Made by a program: the position numbers and the translations under genes | The notes under the pieces: model-generated | Database searches by the model: none | Told to the model about the DNA's origin: nothing | The model's input: the letters and a program-made list of their open reading frames with translations, nothing else | Assembly: GCA_950097015.1 (NCBI GenBank) | Contig: CATNEN010000025.1 | Coordinates: 6,386,001 to 6,450,000 of the forward strand | Direction: 5' to 3' | Length of the DNA stretch: 64,000 bases | Source of the DNA: Macrostomum hystrix | Taxonomy: Eukaryota; Animalia; Platyhelminthes | Part shown: positions 49,006 through 60,502 of the stretch, in pieces | Layout of the letters: the number at the start of each line of letters is the position of its first letter | How positions within the stretch are numbered: position 1 is the stretch's first letter

Positions 49006-50167
49006 CCGTTACAGTAATAAGTCACTCTTACTTTTCATCGAAACACCCTGAGAGAGGAAGAGAGACAAGAATTCTCCAAACTCGATCTTTCTTTTGTGTC
49101 TTCTTTGAGTCCGACATTTTCGTTTTTTTTGAGTTGCTACACCCGCTGAGCCGAAATCGGACCCTACCTGAACTGAACGGCTACAGTTTGGACTTGTTCA
49201 AATTAGTTTTATCTGTATCTAGAAGCTTTCAAATTTGCCTTTAATACAGCATTGTAAACAAGGCCAAAATTGTGTACCATTATTTACTCTTAATTAAGGA
49301 AAAGGCTATCCGTGATTTGTGATTGGCTGTCGAGCAAGGCCGTCTGCTTGCAGCCCGTCACGTGCTATTTTATTCCGTGCTATAATTCCGTCGAATTCCG
49401 GTTAGAACTGGTTTTCAGAAAATCAATTATTGCAAGGGCTTTGGTGACACGCACACTAGCTCGCATTCGCGGACGAATCAGACGACGAGGCCAATTCTGA
49501 TTGGCTAGCGACAAAGCTACCGGGATTAGTATTTGTATGGAGGCCTCGACTCGAGTATAGATCTGATTCGGCAGCGCTCAGTTGAGATCAGAGAAAGAAG
49601 AGAAAGCAAAAAAGTACGAGCGCTTTGAGCGCTGACCAAGGCAGCTTTGAGTCTTCTTTGCAGCAACGCGAGTTCTCTTCCCCTTGTCTGAAGGCCCTTT
49701 TGTTTCTGCAAGGTAATAAATAGTTCTTCTGCCTTAGAACCAACGAGAGTGAAATTTTCTGTACCTTGATTTCTGTAGCCAGTGCAGCTTTGCCTCAGTG
49801 GCCTTCATGTAGTGCACATCCCCACTTGAATCCTGCAGTTGGCCACGTCAAGGTTGATTAATTGGAGTGAAATATTCAGAACGGGACGCCTCGAGTCAGA
49901 TTCGAGTTTGGATCGATTGGTGAAAAAAGTCAAAGAAAGCCAAGCCAAAAGCTTCTTTAAAGAAGCGGGAAGTTTGATTAATTTGAGGGCTAACTGGAAA
50001 TCATGTTTTCGAGTTTAATTATGTTTGATGTCATTTCTTTGCACTTTAACTTATGTACTTTTGATAAGATTATTTCTCTTCTTTCTTTTGATTTACCAGA
50101 GTACCACTATTAATTTTACTAACGATTGTAAATTTGGTAAGCAATTCTAATCAACAAGTGGCCCGGC

Positions 50168-52084
50168 ATGTCCAACTGGACTCTGGTGCACCCGGACCTG
50201 TACCGGCGTGTCCTGGTGGATTTGATGGAGCGCCGCCGGCTCGAGCATCGGATGCCAGCTCAGCTGCTGATCGTCATCACGCTCTGCCTGGGCTTCATCT
50301 CCCTACTCGGCATCATTGGCAACAGCCTGGTGATTGTGTTCTTCCATCGCAGCCTTCGCGACCTGCCGCAGAATGTCTACGTCATAGCGCTGGCTGTGCT
50401 GGACCTCCTAGTGTGCGCCGTGGTCATCCCGTCGACGCTTTATCAGGACGTCTGGCGGGAGCCCAGCACGGAATTCGACTGCAAGCTGTTCCACATTCTG
50501 CGTTACTCCCTGGTGCCATCCTCGGCCTTTCTCCTGTGCCTGATCGCCGTTGACCGCTTCATCATCATCTGCTTCGTGCCCGGAGTTCAGACTAGCCGAA
50601 GAAGCTCGCTCACTTTCGTGGCTCTGGCCATCGGTCTGGGATGCGCAGTCGGCATTCCGGGCGGCCTGACGACTGGAACTCGAATGCACATCGAACTTGC
50701 TGAGGGTGTCGTTGAGCTGCCTGTGTCGTACTGTACCACTGACAACCAGCTGGTGAGCACACCTGTGATGCAGGTATACAAGATCAGCCTCACCGTGCTG
50801 TTCGCCTGCGCTCTGATATTGCTGCTCTTCTTCTACGCAAACATTTTTGCGTTCGTCCGCCGCCGGCAGCACCGCTGGGCCAGGTCGCGCTCCTGGGTGG
50901 CGCAGGCGGGCCGCAATCGCAGTAAAAGCAAGGGAAAGTCTCGACGTTTTGGTGGAAAGGGCGGCGGAGGTGACGGCATCAGCGGTCACGATGGTTGCGC
51001 CACTCAGGACGCCAGCGGGGTCAAGACTGGCGGCTGCTCTGTTGACGGTAGCTGCGGAGGCCACTGCGGCAGTAGCAGCGGCGGTGGTCGCATAGGAATG
51101 CCCACCTGCGCTGGCTCCCTGACGAGGAAGAAGAAAAAGCGACGAGGCTTCGGCGCAGTCGGCGGTCGACGGTTTTCGTCGCGTGCCGAGGAGACCGAAG
51201 TCACCACCTGCGCCGGTGTGGAGCTGCTCAGCCATCACGGAGGCGCCGCAGGAGCTGCAATAGTCACCCTAGATAGTGTCGATGTAGCTGCTGTCGCTGC
51301 AGCAGCCGCGGCGGCTGTAGCAGCAGCGACCAGCTGCCTGGAGACAAACATTGACGAAGTCTTAATGAACGGCGCCCAGTCCGAGGACGCAGCCACGGGG
51401 CAGCCTGGGGAAGAAGATGAAGGTGTGGAAGAGGCGGAAGCGGAGGCCAATGCTGACGAATTGGCGGATGTGGACAATGGCCCAACGGACAGAATTCTCG
51501 AAGAGGAGGATGTCGTTGTCGGACCTGAGGCAGCTCTTGACATCGACCCGGTCAATTCCAATGAAGAAATTCGACGACACAGTCAGCTGCAGCAGCAGTC
51601 GAGACTAGGACGGACCTCCGTGCGCGACAACTCCGTCGGCTCGGTGCAACTGGCGCAGGCCCGACGAGACCTTGCGGAACGGGCTCGCAAGCGGCCACAC
51701 ATCAAGACAGCCAAGGTGTTGAGCATCATCACCTTCTTCTACGTGCTGTCCTACCTGCCGTTTCTGTTAGTCTACAACGCCCAGTGGGGCCCTAGCTGGG
51801 ACGCTTGGCCGAGAGTCTTCGTGGAAGGTCCTTCATCGCTGGGAAACGTCAGCGTTCCGTTTATGGAGTTTCCTGGAAGCAATTTCAGCGGCGGCAGTCT
51901 GGACGTTCTCAACTTAACCGGCTGGAGCCTCGGCTTCAGGGAGATGGCCGTGAAGGTGATGTTCTACTGCTACTTTATAAACCACGGCGTCAATCCGATT
52001 GTCTATGGCTGCATGAACACATACTTCAAGCAGCAGGTATACAGCCTCTGTAACTCTTTGGGTGGCCGTTGCCAGCGCCCGTAG
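50168..52084 (+). CDS. Single-exon rhodopsin-like (class A) GPCR, probably an orphan or peptide receptor, 638 aa, very long ICL3
   Basis: Seven hydrophobic segments; TM1 GN (GIIGNSLV), TM2 LAxxD (LAVLDLL), TM3 Cys and DRF, ECL2 Cys (SYCTT), TM6 KTAKVL..SYLP, TM7 NPIVY. Confidence 0.92.
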   Translation: MSNWTLVHPDLYRRVLVDLMERRRLEHRMPAQLLIVITLCLGFISLLGIIGNSLVIVFFHRSLRDLPQNVYVIALAVLDLLVCAVVIPSTLYQDVWREPSTEFDCKLFHILRYSLVPSSAFLLCLIAVDRFIIICFVPGVQTSRRSSLTFVALAIGLGCAVGIPGGLTTGTRMHIELAEGVVELPVSYCTTDNQLVSTPVMQVYKISLTVLFACALILLLFFYANIFAFVRRRQHRWARSRSWVAQAGRNRSKSKGKSRRFGGKGGGGDGISGHDGCATQDASGVKTGGCSVDGSCGGHCGSSSGGGRIGMPTCAGSLTRKKKKRRGFGAVGGRRFSSRAEETEVTTCAGVELLSHHGGAAGAAIVTLDSVDVAAVAAAAAAAVAAATSCLETNIDEVLMNGAQSEDAATGQPGEEDEGVEEAEAEANADELADVDNGPTDRILEEEDVVVGPEAALDIDPVNSNEEIRRHSQLQQQSRLGRTSVRDNSVGSVQLAQARRDLAERARKRPHIKTAKVLSIITFFYVLSYLPFLLVYNAQWGPSWDAWPRVFVEGPSSLGNVSVPFMEFPGSNFSGGSLDVLNLTGWSLGFREMAVKVMFYCYFINHGVNPIVYGCMNTYFKQQVYSLCNSLGGRCQRP

Positions 52085-53164
52085 CTAATAAATTATCTTC
52101 GCTTATGAACATGTTCAAGGCTTGAAATTAACAATTTTCGTCAGCTCTAGCTCAGCTCTCTCAGTTACTGACTGATTGTGATCATTTAAACCATGCGGAA
52201 CATTCACCTTTGAGGTATGCGATATTTACGTCCACGAGGGCCAACCCCCAAGGAACAGAACAGTGAGTGTACATGTACATTGCATGCCTGACGATGGAAT
52301 GATGTACAAAACCTGTACGAGGATGTGATTGGACAAATCTGTACTGGGGCTATTAACCCTCCTGTGTTTCTTAAAATGGAAAGATTCTCCTGTCCAGTCA
52401 ATCTGTTTCACCTCATTCGGTAATTAAAAACACTGTTTCTGTTTTGTTTCGATAATTCTTTTTAATAATTTAATTCTTCGAGACGTACGTTTTGTAACTG
52501 CGTTGCATGTTTAGCAAAGACCCAGACAAGGATTACAAGACGAAGTTTTCCTAGAGTTTCTTGGACCCAGCTTTTCTTTGGTAAAGCAAACACAAAGTTA
52601 AAGCAACTAGACTATATTATCTTCGTACTATCGCACGAGTACAGTGACGTTGCTCTGATATTGCTTGTACTATTAGCTATATGTGATCAGTATATCGCCT
52701 GTTCCTTAGCTTTTTTGGTCGTGTAAGCGCTTAGAAATGTGACTCTGCAGCAGAGATTTATGTGTTCTCAGCGTTTGACCTTATAGATTATTTTGCTAAG
52801 CGGTTGCGAAATTTTATATCTTTTGATTGAAACCACATGAGTGGTGAAACTAAAATATAATTAGTTAAGCATTAATTTGATGGATTTTCTTAAAGCCACG
52901 TTTTTGAGCTATTAGCAACCTCAAAAGTTTGGATTAACTTGTAATTTTCCGGCTCAGTGATCAATAATTAATACTCAAGTATGCATATATGGTTAACAAG
53001 TAAGTAAGTGCTTCTTAAAATAGGAACTTGTTTAAGTTATACATTATCAAGTCCTGTAACATAATGAGGTTATAAGAACGATCGCACAATGGACTACTAA
53101 ATTACGTATATATAGCAACTTTATTAGTCCTTGCATCAAACAGCCTTACCATAGCCTTGAAACT

Positions 53165-53410
53165 GTACTCTGATTGATTGAACAAATTATATGACTCATT
53201 ACGCATCCTTGCCCTAGCCACAACTCTGATTGGATGAGCCAGTTATATGACTCAGCACACATCCTTGCCCTAGCGTCAACTCTGATTGGATGAGCCAGTT
53301 ATATGACTCAGCACACATCCTTGCCCTAGCGTCAACTCTGATTGGATGAGCCAGTTATATGACTCATTACGCATCCTTGCCCTAGCCACAACTCTGATTG
53401 GATGAGCCAG
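53165..53410. repeat. 56-nt unit tandem repeat, about 4.5 copies
   Basis: CAACTCTGATTGG recurs at 53221, 53277 and further copies. Confidence 0.9.
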
Positions 53411-53836
53411 TCACATGAATCATTTACACACCCAAAATTCTGATTGGCCTAAATAATCGTAGCTTTTAGCCTCATATGAATAATTACATTATATAATGTT
53501 AATTTTGGAGACAAATTAACAAAGCTGGCAAGTGCCCCATTCATCAAGTCGAATGTACTCTGCTAGAAGCAGACAGCTCGAATTCAATTTTCAAATAATT
53601 TGACTTTGGTTTCAGAAGCCGCGTCACCGTCTTGGTAGTATTTTTTTCTGAAATTGCGTTAGTTTCAGGTGGAATGGTTCCACTTAAATGAACTTTGTCA
53701 AGCGTTGCAAGCAGACCGCAATCGCGACGGAGCATAATGGTTTTAAAAACACAAAATAAGCAAATTAATAAACTGTCCCCGCACCAGTTTGCGGTGTGAA
53801 GAAGATTGTCTTAAAGCGTTAGAATCGGGGTGACCT

Positions 53837-55084
53837 TCAGATGAACTTGTTGACGCTGTTTGACTTCTTTCTCGATCCGAATGGCATAAAGAATGTTCGA
53901 TGGTTGGAGGTGGCTGAAATCAGGCCGCTGTTGGTGGGCACCGCAACATCGGTGGCGGAGGCTGCCGCAGCCAGAGGACCAGCGTAGGGCTGTGCCACTC
54001 CATCTTTGTTAGCTCGCCGATAAATACCAATAGAGAAGTCGTCGGACCACAGGGGGCAGATGCGCAAGTTTGATGGCCGACGCAGGCGGTCTTTGTCTCC
54101 ATTTGGCAGCATCTCTTCGGCCCAGACGTCCCACTGGACGATTGACTGCTTTGGTGGCACCAGCAGCTCCTGGCGCTCGCCTGGCACACGTGGATACCAG
54201 ATTAACGACTGTGCAGCGTTGCAATGCGGGGGATGCATCGCCGACAGTGGCACAGCTTTGTCCGTGTCACAGATGATGGGCTGCTCCGGTTGTTGGTCTA
54301 TGACGGCTTTTAGTCGTTGCCCGATTCGCTGGTTGGGATCGAATTGCAGGTGCAGTGAGTAGCGCCATCGCATGGTCTTTAGGACAAATAGCTCATCGCG
54401 GCCCAGGCTAAATAGCTCATTGTTTGAGCGTTGCCTACGAAGGGCAACTAGCCACACCCAGAAGTCCTGCTTGCGGATGACATCGGTGAGCTGGACGCCG
54501 CCGCCGAATGGCAGCTGCCAGGCGACGGTCGGGTAGAAATGATCGCTGTAGTGCAGCCGCACCTCAGACTGTGTCACCATGCCACGCGGTATTTCGCACT
54601 TACTTGTGGTCAGACTATAGAACGGATATTGGCGCCCGTCGCTGTCATTAACCATCTTGTGCCGGCGGGCGGACATCGGGTGGAACTCCCAGTGCGAGCT
54701 GCCGAATCTGCCGTATCTGTTCTCCAAGTACATGCCGTCGCAGGCCTGCACAAGACCCACAGTCCAGTGACTGTTGGCTGTGGACTCTTCTAACTCTAGT
54801 GTAGTCTTGCACCGAAAGTGCTGGCTCTCGTACTGCACGAGGAAGGGCTTCTCAGTTACCTTGGTCTGCGTGGCATTGTCATAGTAGACCTTCAGACTCT
54901 TTATGTGGATCTTGTCGGTGTCAAACTTTGGCATGTTGACCACTGCGTCTGGCTGCCTCGGCAAATTCTGGCTGCTGCTTTTTAAAGTCCAACTTCTGCT
55001 AAGCCTGTGCAACCGCTTGGCGCTGAAATGTTCCAGCCTCAAACCCACCCTCCCATCTGTATGGTCGGAGATACTTTTGGCCAT
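53837..55084 (-). CDS. FAM78: FAM78-family protein (415 aa from Met 55084; the supplied ORF extends to 55285)
   Basis: Motifs WTVGLVQAC..M.LENRYG..G.S.WE, V.DSDGRQYPFY, DHFYPTVAWQLP, QDFWVWLVA, LKTMRWR..L and P.CNAAQ.LIW resemble FAM78A/B. A TTGCAG acceptor lies about 14 nt upstream of ATG 55084. Confidence 0.88.
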   Translation of the reverse strand: MAKSISDHTDGRVGLRLEHFSAKRLHRLSRSWTLKSSSQNLPRQPDAVVNMPKFDTDKIHIKSLKVYYDNATQTKVTEKPFLVQYESQHFRCKTTLELEESTANSHWTVGLVQACDGMYLENRYGRFGSSHWEFHPMSARRHKMVNDSDGRQYPFYSLTTSKCEIPRGMVTQSEVRLHYSDHFYPTVAWQLPFGGGVQLTDVIRKQDFWVWLVALRRQRSNNELFSLGRDELFVLKTMRWRYSLHLQFDPNQRIGQRLKAVIDQQPEQPIICDTDKAVPLSAMHPPHCNAAQSLIWYPRVPGERQELLVPPKQSIVQWDVWAEEMLPNGDKDRLRRPSNLRICPLWSDDFSIGIYRRANKDGVAQPYAGPLAAAASATDVAVPTNSGLISATSNHRTFFMPFGSRKKSNSVNKFI

Positions 55085-55435
55085 AGACAAATGCCTGGCT
55101 GCAAGCCGAACGAGAAACACTACATATATGCCTGGCAAAGATTTGTCTATGCTCGTGAAAGCATTCAGTGTAGCTATTAATCGCAAGAGAGGACTTGAAA
55201 TAGTGCAAATCAGCTTTGAGCCATATGAGCTGTTGAAATTTAATTTGACAGCCGCTCGATAGCAGCCAGAAACTTTGCGTGACAAACAAACGAGACTGGC
55301 ACTATGCCATCATCTCATTCAATTGACTTCTGACTACAGAATTTTCTTATTTTATCGTATTTCTTTTGAATGTAATATGCAAACAGTCTACTTGTTGAGT
55401 AGCTATCAAAGGAAAAATTGTGAATATAATACTCC

Positions 55436-55570
55436 GGGCGGGCTGAGTGGCAGAGCGGCTAACGTGTTTGTCTCCCGCACCGAGGTCCCTTAGCTCGAAT
55501 AAAGACAGTAAAGCAAGATTGACTTTCACACAGTTGCGGAGAGAAGGCTTGGGCCAACCCCCAAGGCACA
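55436..55570 (+). mobile_element. SINE family 2 copy upstream of FAM78
   Basis: A box TGGCAGAGCGG; CGCACCGAGGTCCCT.AGCTCGA; tail motifs shared with the 48855-49005 copy. Confidence 0.6.
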
Positions 55571-56404
55571 TAGAATATGTACGCTGCCAAATCAGGGCAG
55601 ATGTACACCTGTATCAGTGTGTTCATGCGTACGGTATCTGTGTGCTTATATGCTCAGGAGTCTGCTTAAAGGGCAGAATTGCCTCTTCGCTGGCTGTGGA
55701 TCTACTGTCACCTCACGAAATGGTGTGTCAGAGTAAGCACATATGAAGCTAGTAAATAAAAAATCCGTTTTACAGCTATAAAAGCTGTATCTGTGACTGT
55801 CAAACATGGGTGAATATTTGTATATTTGGTACCCGTATACATGTACCAACCAATATTAACCAAGTTATTATTTTAAATTTAACAGCAAGCATGTTTTAAT
55901 TCTTATGTTTGTATCGAGATCAAGGAAATCAGCAAGCGAAAGGTATGGTAGTATTCTTTAGCTACTAAGAGAAATACAAGCGGGCGTTCCAGATACATTT
56001 TCTAACTCAGAGCTGTGACATAATTTCTGGAGAAATAAATGCTTTGCGGCACAAACCAGGCCAAGTAGAGCAACAAAAAAGTCAATTAAATAAAGAAAAT
56101 ATGCACTAAGCAGTAGCGGCTGGAACAATTTCTGTGCTTTGCTGATGACAAAATGAAAATTTTTTATAGAAAAATTTTATAAGCTGTCAAAAGTAACGTT
56201 TGGAAAGTTGCTATGATCAAAATATACAACATTTACATTGTCAAAGAGGGAGTTTAGAAAGGTTCTTCTTGCCAACTTGTGACCTCGTAAAAGTTCTGTT
56301 TTCAACTAGTGACATTGAGAAGTTATTTTGTCTATATCGTGGCCTTTAGGAAAGGTCTGTTGACAACAAGTGACGTTAGGTAAAATTCTGTTTTCGACAG
56401 TGAC

Positions 56405-56710
56405 CGCGTTAAAGTTCAGCTATCAACAAGCGACCTTGGGAAAGTTCAGCTATCAACAAGCGACCTTGGGAAAGTTCAGCTATCAACAAGCGACCTTGGG
56501 AAAGTTCAGCTATCAACAAGCGACATTGGAGAAAGTTCAGCTATCAACAAGCGACCTTGGGAAAGTTCAGCTATCGACAAGCGACCTTGGGAAAGTTCAG
56601 CTATCAACAAGCGACCTTGGGAAAGTTCAGCTATCGACAAGCGACCTTGGGAAAGTTCAGCTATCAACAAGCGACCTTGGGAAAGTTCAGCTATCGACAA
56701 GCGACCATGG
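56405..56710. repeat. Minisatellite, 30-nt unit AAAGTTCAGCTATCAACAAGCGACCTTGGG
   Basis: About 10 copies. Confidence 0.9.
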
Positions 56711-56871
56711 GAAAAGTTCTGGTACCAACAAGGGACCTTGGGAGACTTATTCTGTTCTGTCAACAAATGACCTTGGAAACACCTAGGGAAAGTCTGAGAT
56801 CTCAGAAACCTTGTCTGCTTCCAAACCTAACGCGCTGCGCCGGCACAGCAACAAAAAATGAACACACCCAG

Positions 56872-57289
56872 CTAACCCTGATTGTTTCCCACCGGCAGTT
56901 CCGGCTGAAGCCGATTCTGTTGCACTAGCGACCTCAGCCGTTGAGCAGAGGACGGCCGCTTTAAAAAGTGATCGCTTGGCTGTCTAGCAATGGCTTGATT
57001 GGCTGGCCTATTGGCTCCACTGTTGGCTGTGAGAATTTCAGCAGGAGGACGCTGCTGACTTTGATGCTGCAGCTGATGATGAGGCGCAACCGGGCGATCT
57101 GTTGGCGCAGCGGTGGCTGCGGACAGCAGGGCCTGCTCGAGTTTGTGCCGCTCGGTTCTGAGCTCAGCCAGGGTTGGCTCGCGATAGCTGGCACGACCAG
57201 TCGCTACTGAAGCCGAGCCGCAGGCGACCGCCTCTTGTAGATTGGCCAGATCCTCCTTCAGCGCTTCTATTTCATCTAGCAGGTATTGT
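56872..57289 (-). CDS. CCDC24: CCDC24-like exon 3, terminal (RQYLLDEIEALKEDLANLQE...EPTLAELRTERHKLEQ...PSSAQRLRSLV...*)
   Basis: TTTGCAG acceptor; in-phase open frame to TAG at 56874-56872; coiled-coil and EPTLAELR motif. Not in the supplied ORF track; translated by hand. Confidence 0.8.
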
Positions 57290-58158
57290 CTGCAAAGTAC
57301 AATCCGAGGAGGTTAAAGGTAAAAGGTAATGGTAAAAACGGTAAAAACGGGTAAAGGCTGTGCAGGTAACAATGAAGCCCCATTAAGCATCTTACTCTCA
57401 ATCTGTCTATCAAGCCAACGATCGTCTTTAAAATTCTCTAAGACGCCTGGTTAAAGACCACGAGGTTGCCAGCAAAATCAGCCCAGATTGTTGTGATGAG
57501 AGGTGCAGGCCAGTGTTTGGCGAGGGGTTGAGGTTTCGTGCGTGGTTTTTTTAAATTTGTTGTAAGAGTTTTCTGTGTGCGCGTATGAGTTTTTGTGAGT
57601 TTTTTTGGTTTGAGTACTTTTCATTTGTCCGGCTCGCTCAGCTGAGAAAAATATATTGTGGCCCAGACGGAAGCCAGAGATTAAGAAAGAGAGATCAAAG
57701 ACCTTTTTAAAACTCTTATGTCTTTCTCGCTGAAGAGAACACAGATAGCAGTATCTGCATGGGCGTCCTTCAACTTCAGAAGTTGCTAGAAGTGAGCTGC
57801 AGTGTCAGCAACAAGACAGATCATAATAATATTGGCAGGAGCCTGTTGGCACTGGCACAACCGCATTTGGTTACAGAATAGACTCGCCGCCAGCAAAAGT
57901 TGATTCTGCACATTCCACATTAGGGCCCTCCTCATGGGGTAATATTGCACGACAAACCACTCCGCGGCAGCACACCAAATGAATACTGGAATTGAGCTGA
58001 GGTACCCTTGTATTAAAAAGCTCTCAAACTAAGCTCCCGACATTCGATAGATAGGCTGCATCTCTAGGCCTTGATAACGTGGCTTGTATTACGAAACTAT
58101 ATAGGACTCTGACCTAGAAGCAGAGTTTCCTGAAAACCACACGCGAGTTTCAACTCAC

Positions 58159-58345
58159 CTGAGTCGCTTTCTGACCTCGTCGCAGCGCATGTAGGTGAGC
58201 TGTTCGCGCATTTGGGCCACATCCTCTTCGGCTACGGCTGCGGCAGAGGAGGTGGCGCTTCTAGCGGTCCTGGAGCCGGCCCGGCTGGAGCTGGGGGTGA
58301 CGCGGACTTCTCCAAGCGAAAGCCGAGACATGCCGCTTGAGGGGC
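58159..58345 (-). CDS. CCDC24: CCDC24-like exon 2 (...VAQMREQLTYMRCDEVRKRL)
   Basis: ACTAG acceptor after a 69-nt intron; phase 1 in, phase 2 out; AG|GTGAGT donor; resembles IKDQLNVSNIDQVARHLR. Confidence 0.8.
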
Positions 58346-58414
58346 CTAGTAAACAGATCACGTTTGGCCAATATATTATCGACTTCTACTGGTACAATGG
58401 CAAAATTCACTCAC

Positions 58415-58799
58415 GACTGCTGCTGCTCTCATAGGCGTAGTCAACAACTTCTTGGCTGATGGCTAGCCGTTTCAAATCAACAGCTGCATCTGAACCGCCG
58501 GCGACGCCGCCCGCTCGCCTGGCGCGCTCCCGGATGCTCTCCAGGAAGAAGACAATCTCCTGTGTGAGCCGCTCCCGCATCTGTGGCGGCTCAGGAAGTC
58601 GGGCAGCCGGAGCTGGATAATCAGCGGCGTCAGCTGCCAGCTCTCGGAGCAGTTCCAGCTCTCGGCGAAGTTCCAGTGTCTGGTCGATGAGATCAGAGCC
58701 AATTAACTGGCGCAGCTCGTGGTGCTCAGAGGTCGCCGCGTACTGGCACACAATGTCCCAGGCACTGATTGGCGGCCCGTAGCCTTCTGGACTCAGCAT
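58415..58799 (-). CDS. CCDC24: CCDC24-like exon 1. Model complement(join(56872..57289,58159..58345,58415..58799)), 329 aa
   Basis: SAWDIVCQY...ELRQLIGSDLIDQTLELRRELELL...LPEPPQMRERLTQEIVFFLESIRERA resembles the CCDC24 N-terminus; CTGCAG|GCATG start; C|GTGAGT donor. Confidence 0.8.
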
Positions 58800-60458
58800 G
58801 CCTGCAGGCTAGCATGAGATCAACGCTTTCAATATTACACTGGACTTTCACTTTTCCTCTGGTATGAAAAAAGTTAATTAGATCTGGAAAATAAAGACAA
58901 CAGGCACATAAAACTATATTCATAATATTATTTCACCAATTTGAGAGCGTTAAAGAGACAAAAAACTAGATGCAAATTAGCTAGTCAATGCAAGTAGTGA
59001 AGTTGTATTTCATTATTTATTATTATTTTATTGTATTTGAAAAATGTTTTTAAACATCTTTAGACGTCTAGAAACAAACCCACGTCAAGGACTACTAAAC
59101 AACAAGTGTTTTTTAGTAGTCCTTGATACACGTACAATGGTACGAACAAATGGCAAAAATGGACAAAACAAGCGTTTAGTTGAGTAGATACAATGAATTT
59201 CACATTTATACTATATTCCTAAGATATACAAATCTCTGTTGTACCATGCAGCAAAAGTTCAATAATTTCGAGATAAATAAACCTGATTGAATTCGCATGG
59301 AAACAAAAGCCCAAAGCACATATATTCTCAAACCATTTCTTGTGATTAAAAACCTCTCATTAAAAGAAACATCTCTCCCTATGGAATTCTTAATGTGCAC
59401 GAGAACATGAGAATACATACAAATATGTACTGAGACAGCATATAGCTGTTAGAAAATGTGATTGGAAAATTACGGAAACAGAACTATATTTTTGTGTCTA
59501 TTATACGAGCTCGTATAGCGTTGTTTTTAGCTACAGCCTACAGGCATAATTAAGTTCCTTAAAAAAGCACGGAAAATCAAGAACTGCAGGTAAAAATGAA
59601 CAAAAACCCGAATGAATAAAGTAATTTACGACCATAAAAGAGCATTTTGTGTTCAGGAGGGTTGGAGTAGGCACTAGTTTAACATAATTGCATATAAAAT
59701 ATAATAAATATTTCTGTAATTTGACATTCAGGACTTCAAATCAGAATAAAATTGTCTATTTGAAATTTAGTTTACAATAGTTTCAAAGCAGTTAAACAAA
59801 AACATATTTTAATAAAGCAAACTAAACAACTCGGTCCTTTTTAAGTTTTTTGAGGAATATAAATCATTCAAGCACTAAAATAGTGTATTTTTATATAACC
59901 AAAGTTTAAAACGTTTTTGTACTTTGAAGAACGTGTGTTGATTAAAATATGTTATGAAGCATGAAGCATGAGTGAGCCCATGGTTGGTTCAGTCTGTCAA
60001 ATAATGGATTTGTCGCATATTACCTTGTGTTCCAATACTAAGTGAAATACAAAAAAGATTTTGTTTTATGTTTTTATCTACCTGCTTGCATATTAATACG
60101 TTTTTATAAAAACTTGCAGTGAAGCACGTAACTCATTATCAATTTGATAGCATCATGCCTGACGCTCGTAGCTAGGCTGTGTCTAGAAAATCAAAGCTTT
60201 TTGTATTTAAATTTTTTTGTGCACTAGCTATATATGTTTTAGGTGCCACAAATATCTAAAAATCTTACTTGTTTTTTATGTATTGTTATTGTAGAAGAAA
60301 TAATCAACAAATCATAACTCTAGTAGATATTTAGCTTAATGTGTTTGGTGAACTCCTTAGAAGTAAAAAAGAAAATTATTTTTATAACATATTCTCTACT
60401 CTTATACAAAATATTACTTAAGTAGGCCTGCCTTAAAATATAAATATGAATATAAATT

Positions 60459-60502
60459 CAAGGACCACTGTAGTATAAGTAGTTATACTACAGTGGTCCT
60501 TG
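60459..60502. mobile_element. 44-bp foldback mini-element: perfect 20-bp inverted repeats with an 8-bp target site duplication (P/hAT-like)
   Basis: CAAGGACCACTGTAGTATAA-GTAG-TTATACTACAGTGGTCCTTG, flanked by TATAAATT at 60451-60458 and 60503-60510. Confidence 0.7.

Noticed and set aside
55085-55285. FAM78 N-terminal 67 aa given in the ORF track
   Set aside because: Non-ATG start in AT-rich sequence upstream of an acceptor AG; probably intron or outron
56114-56135. CTGATGA...GAAA hammerhead-like motif
   Set aside because: No G10.1-C11.1 stem II and no valid stem I or III
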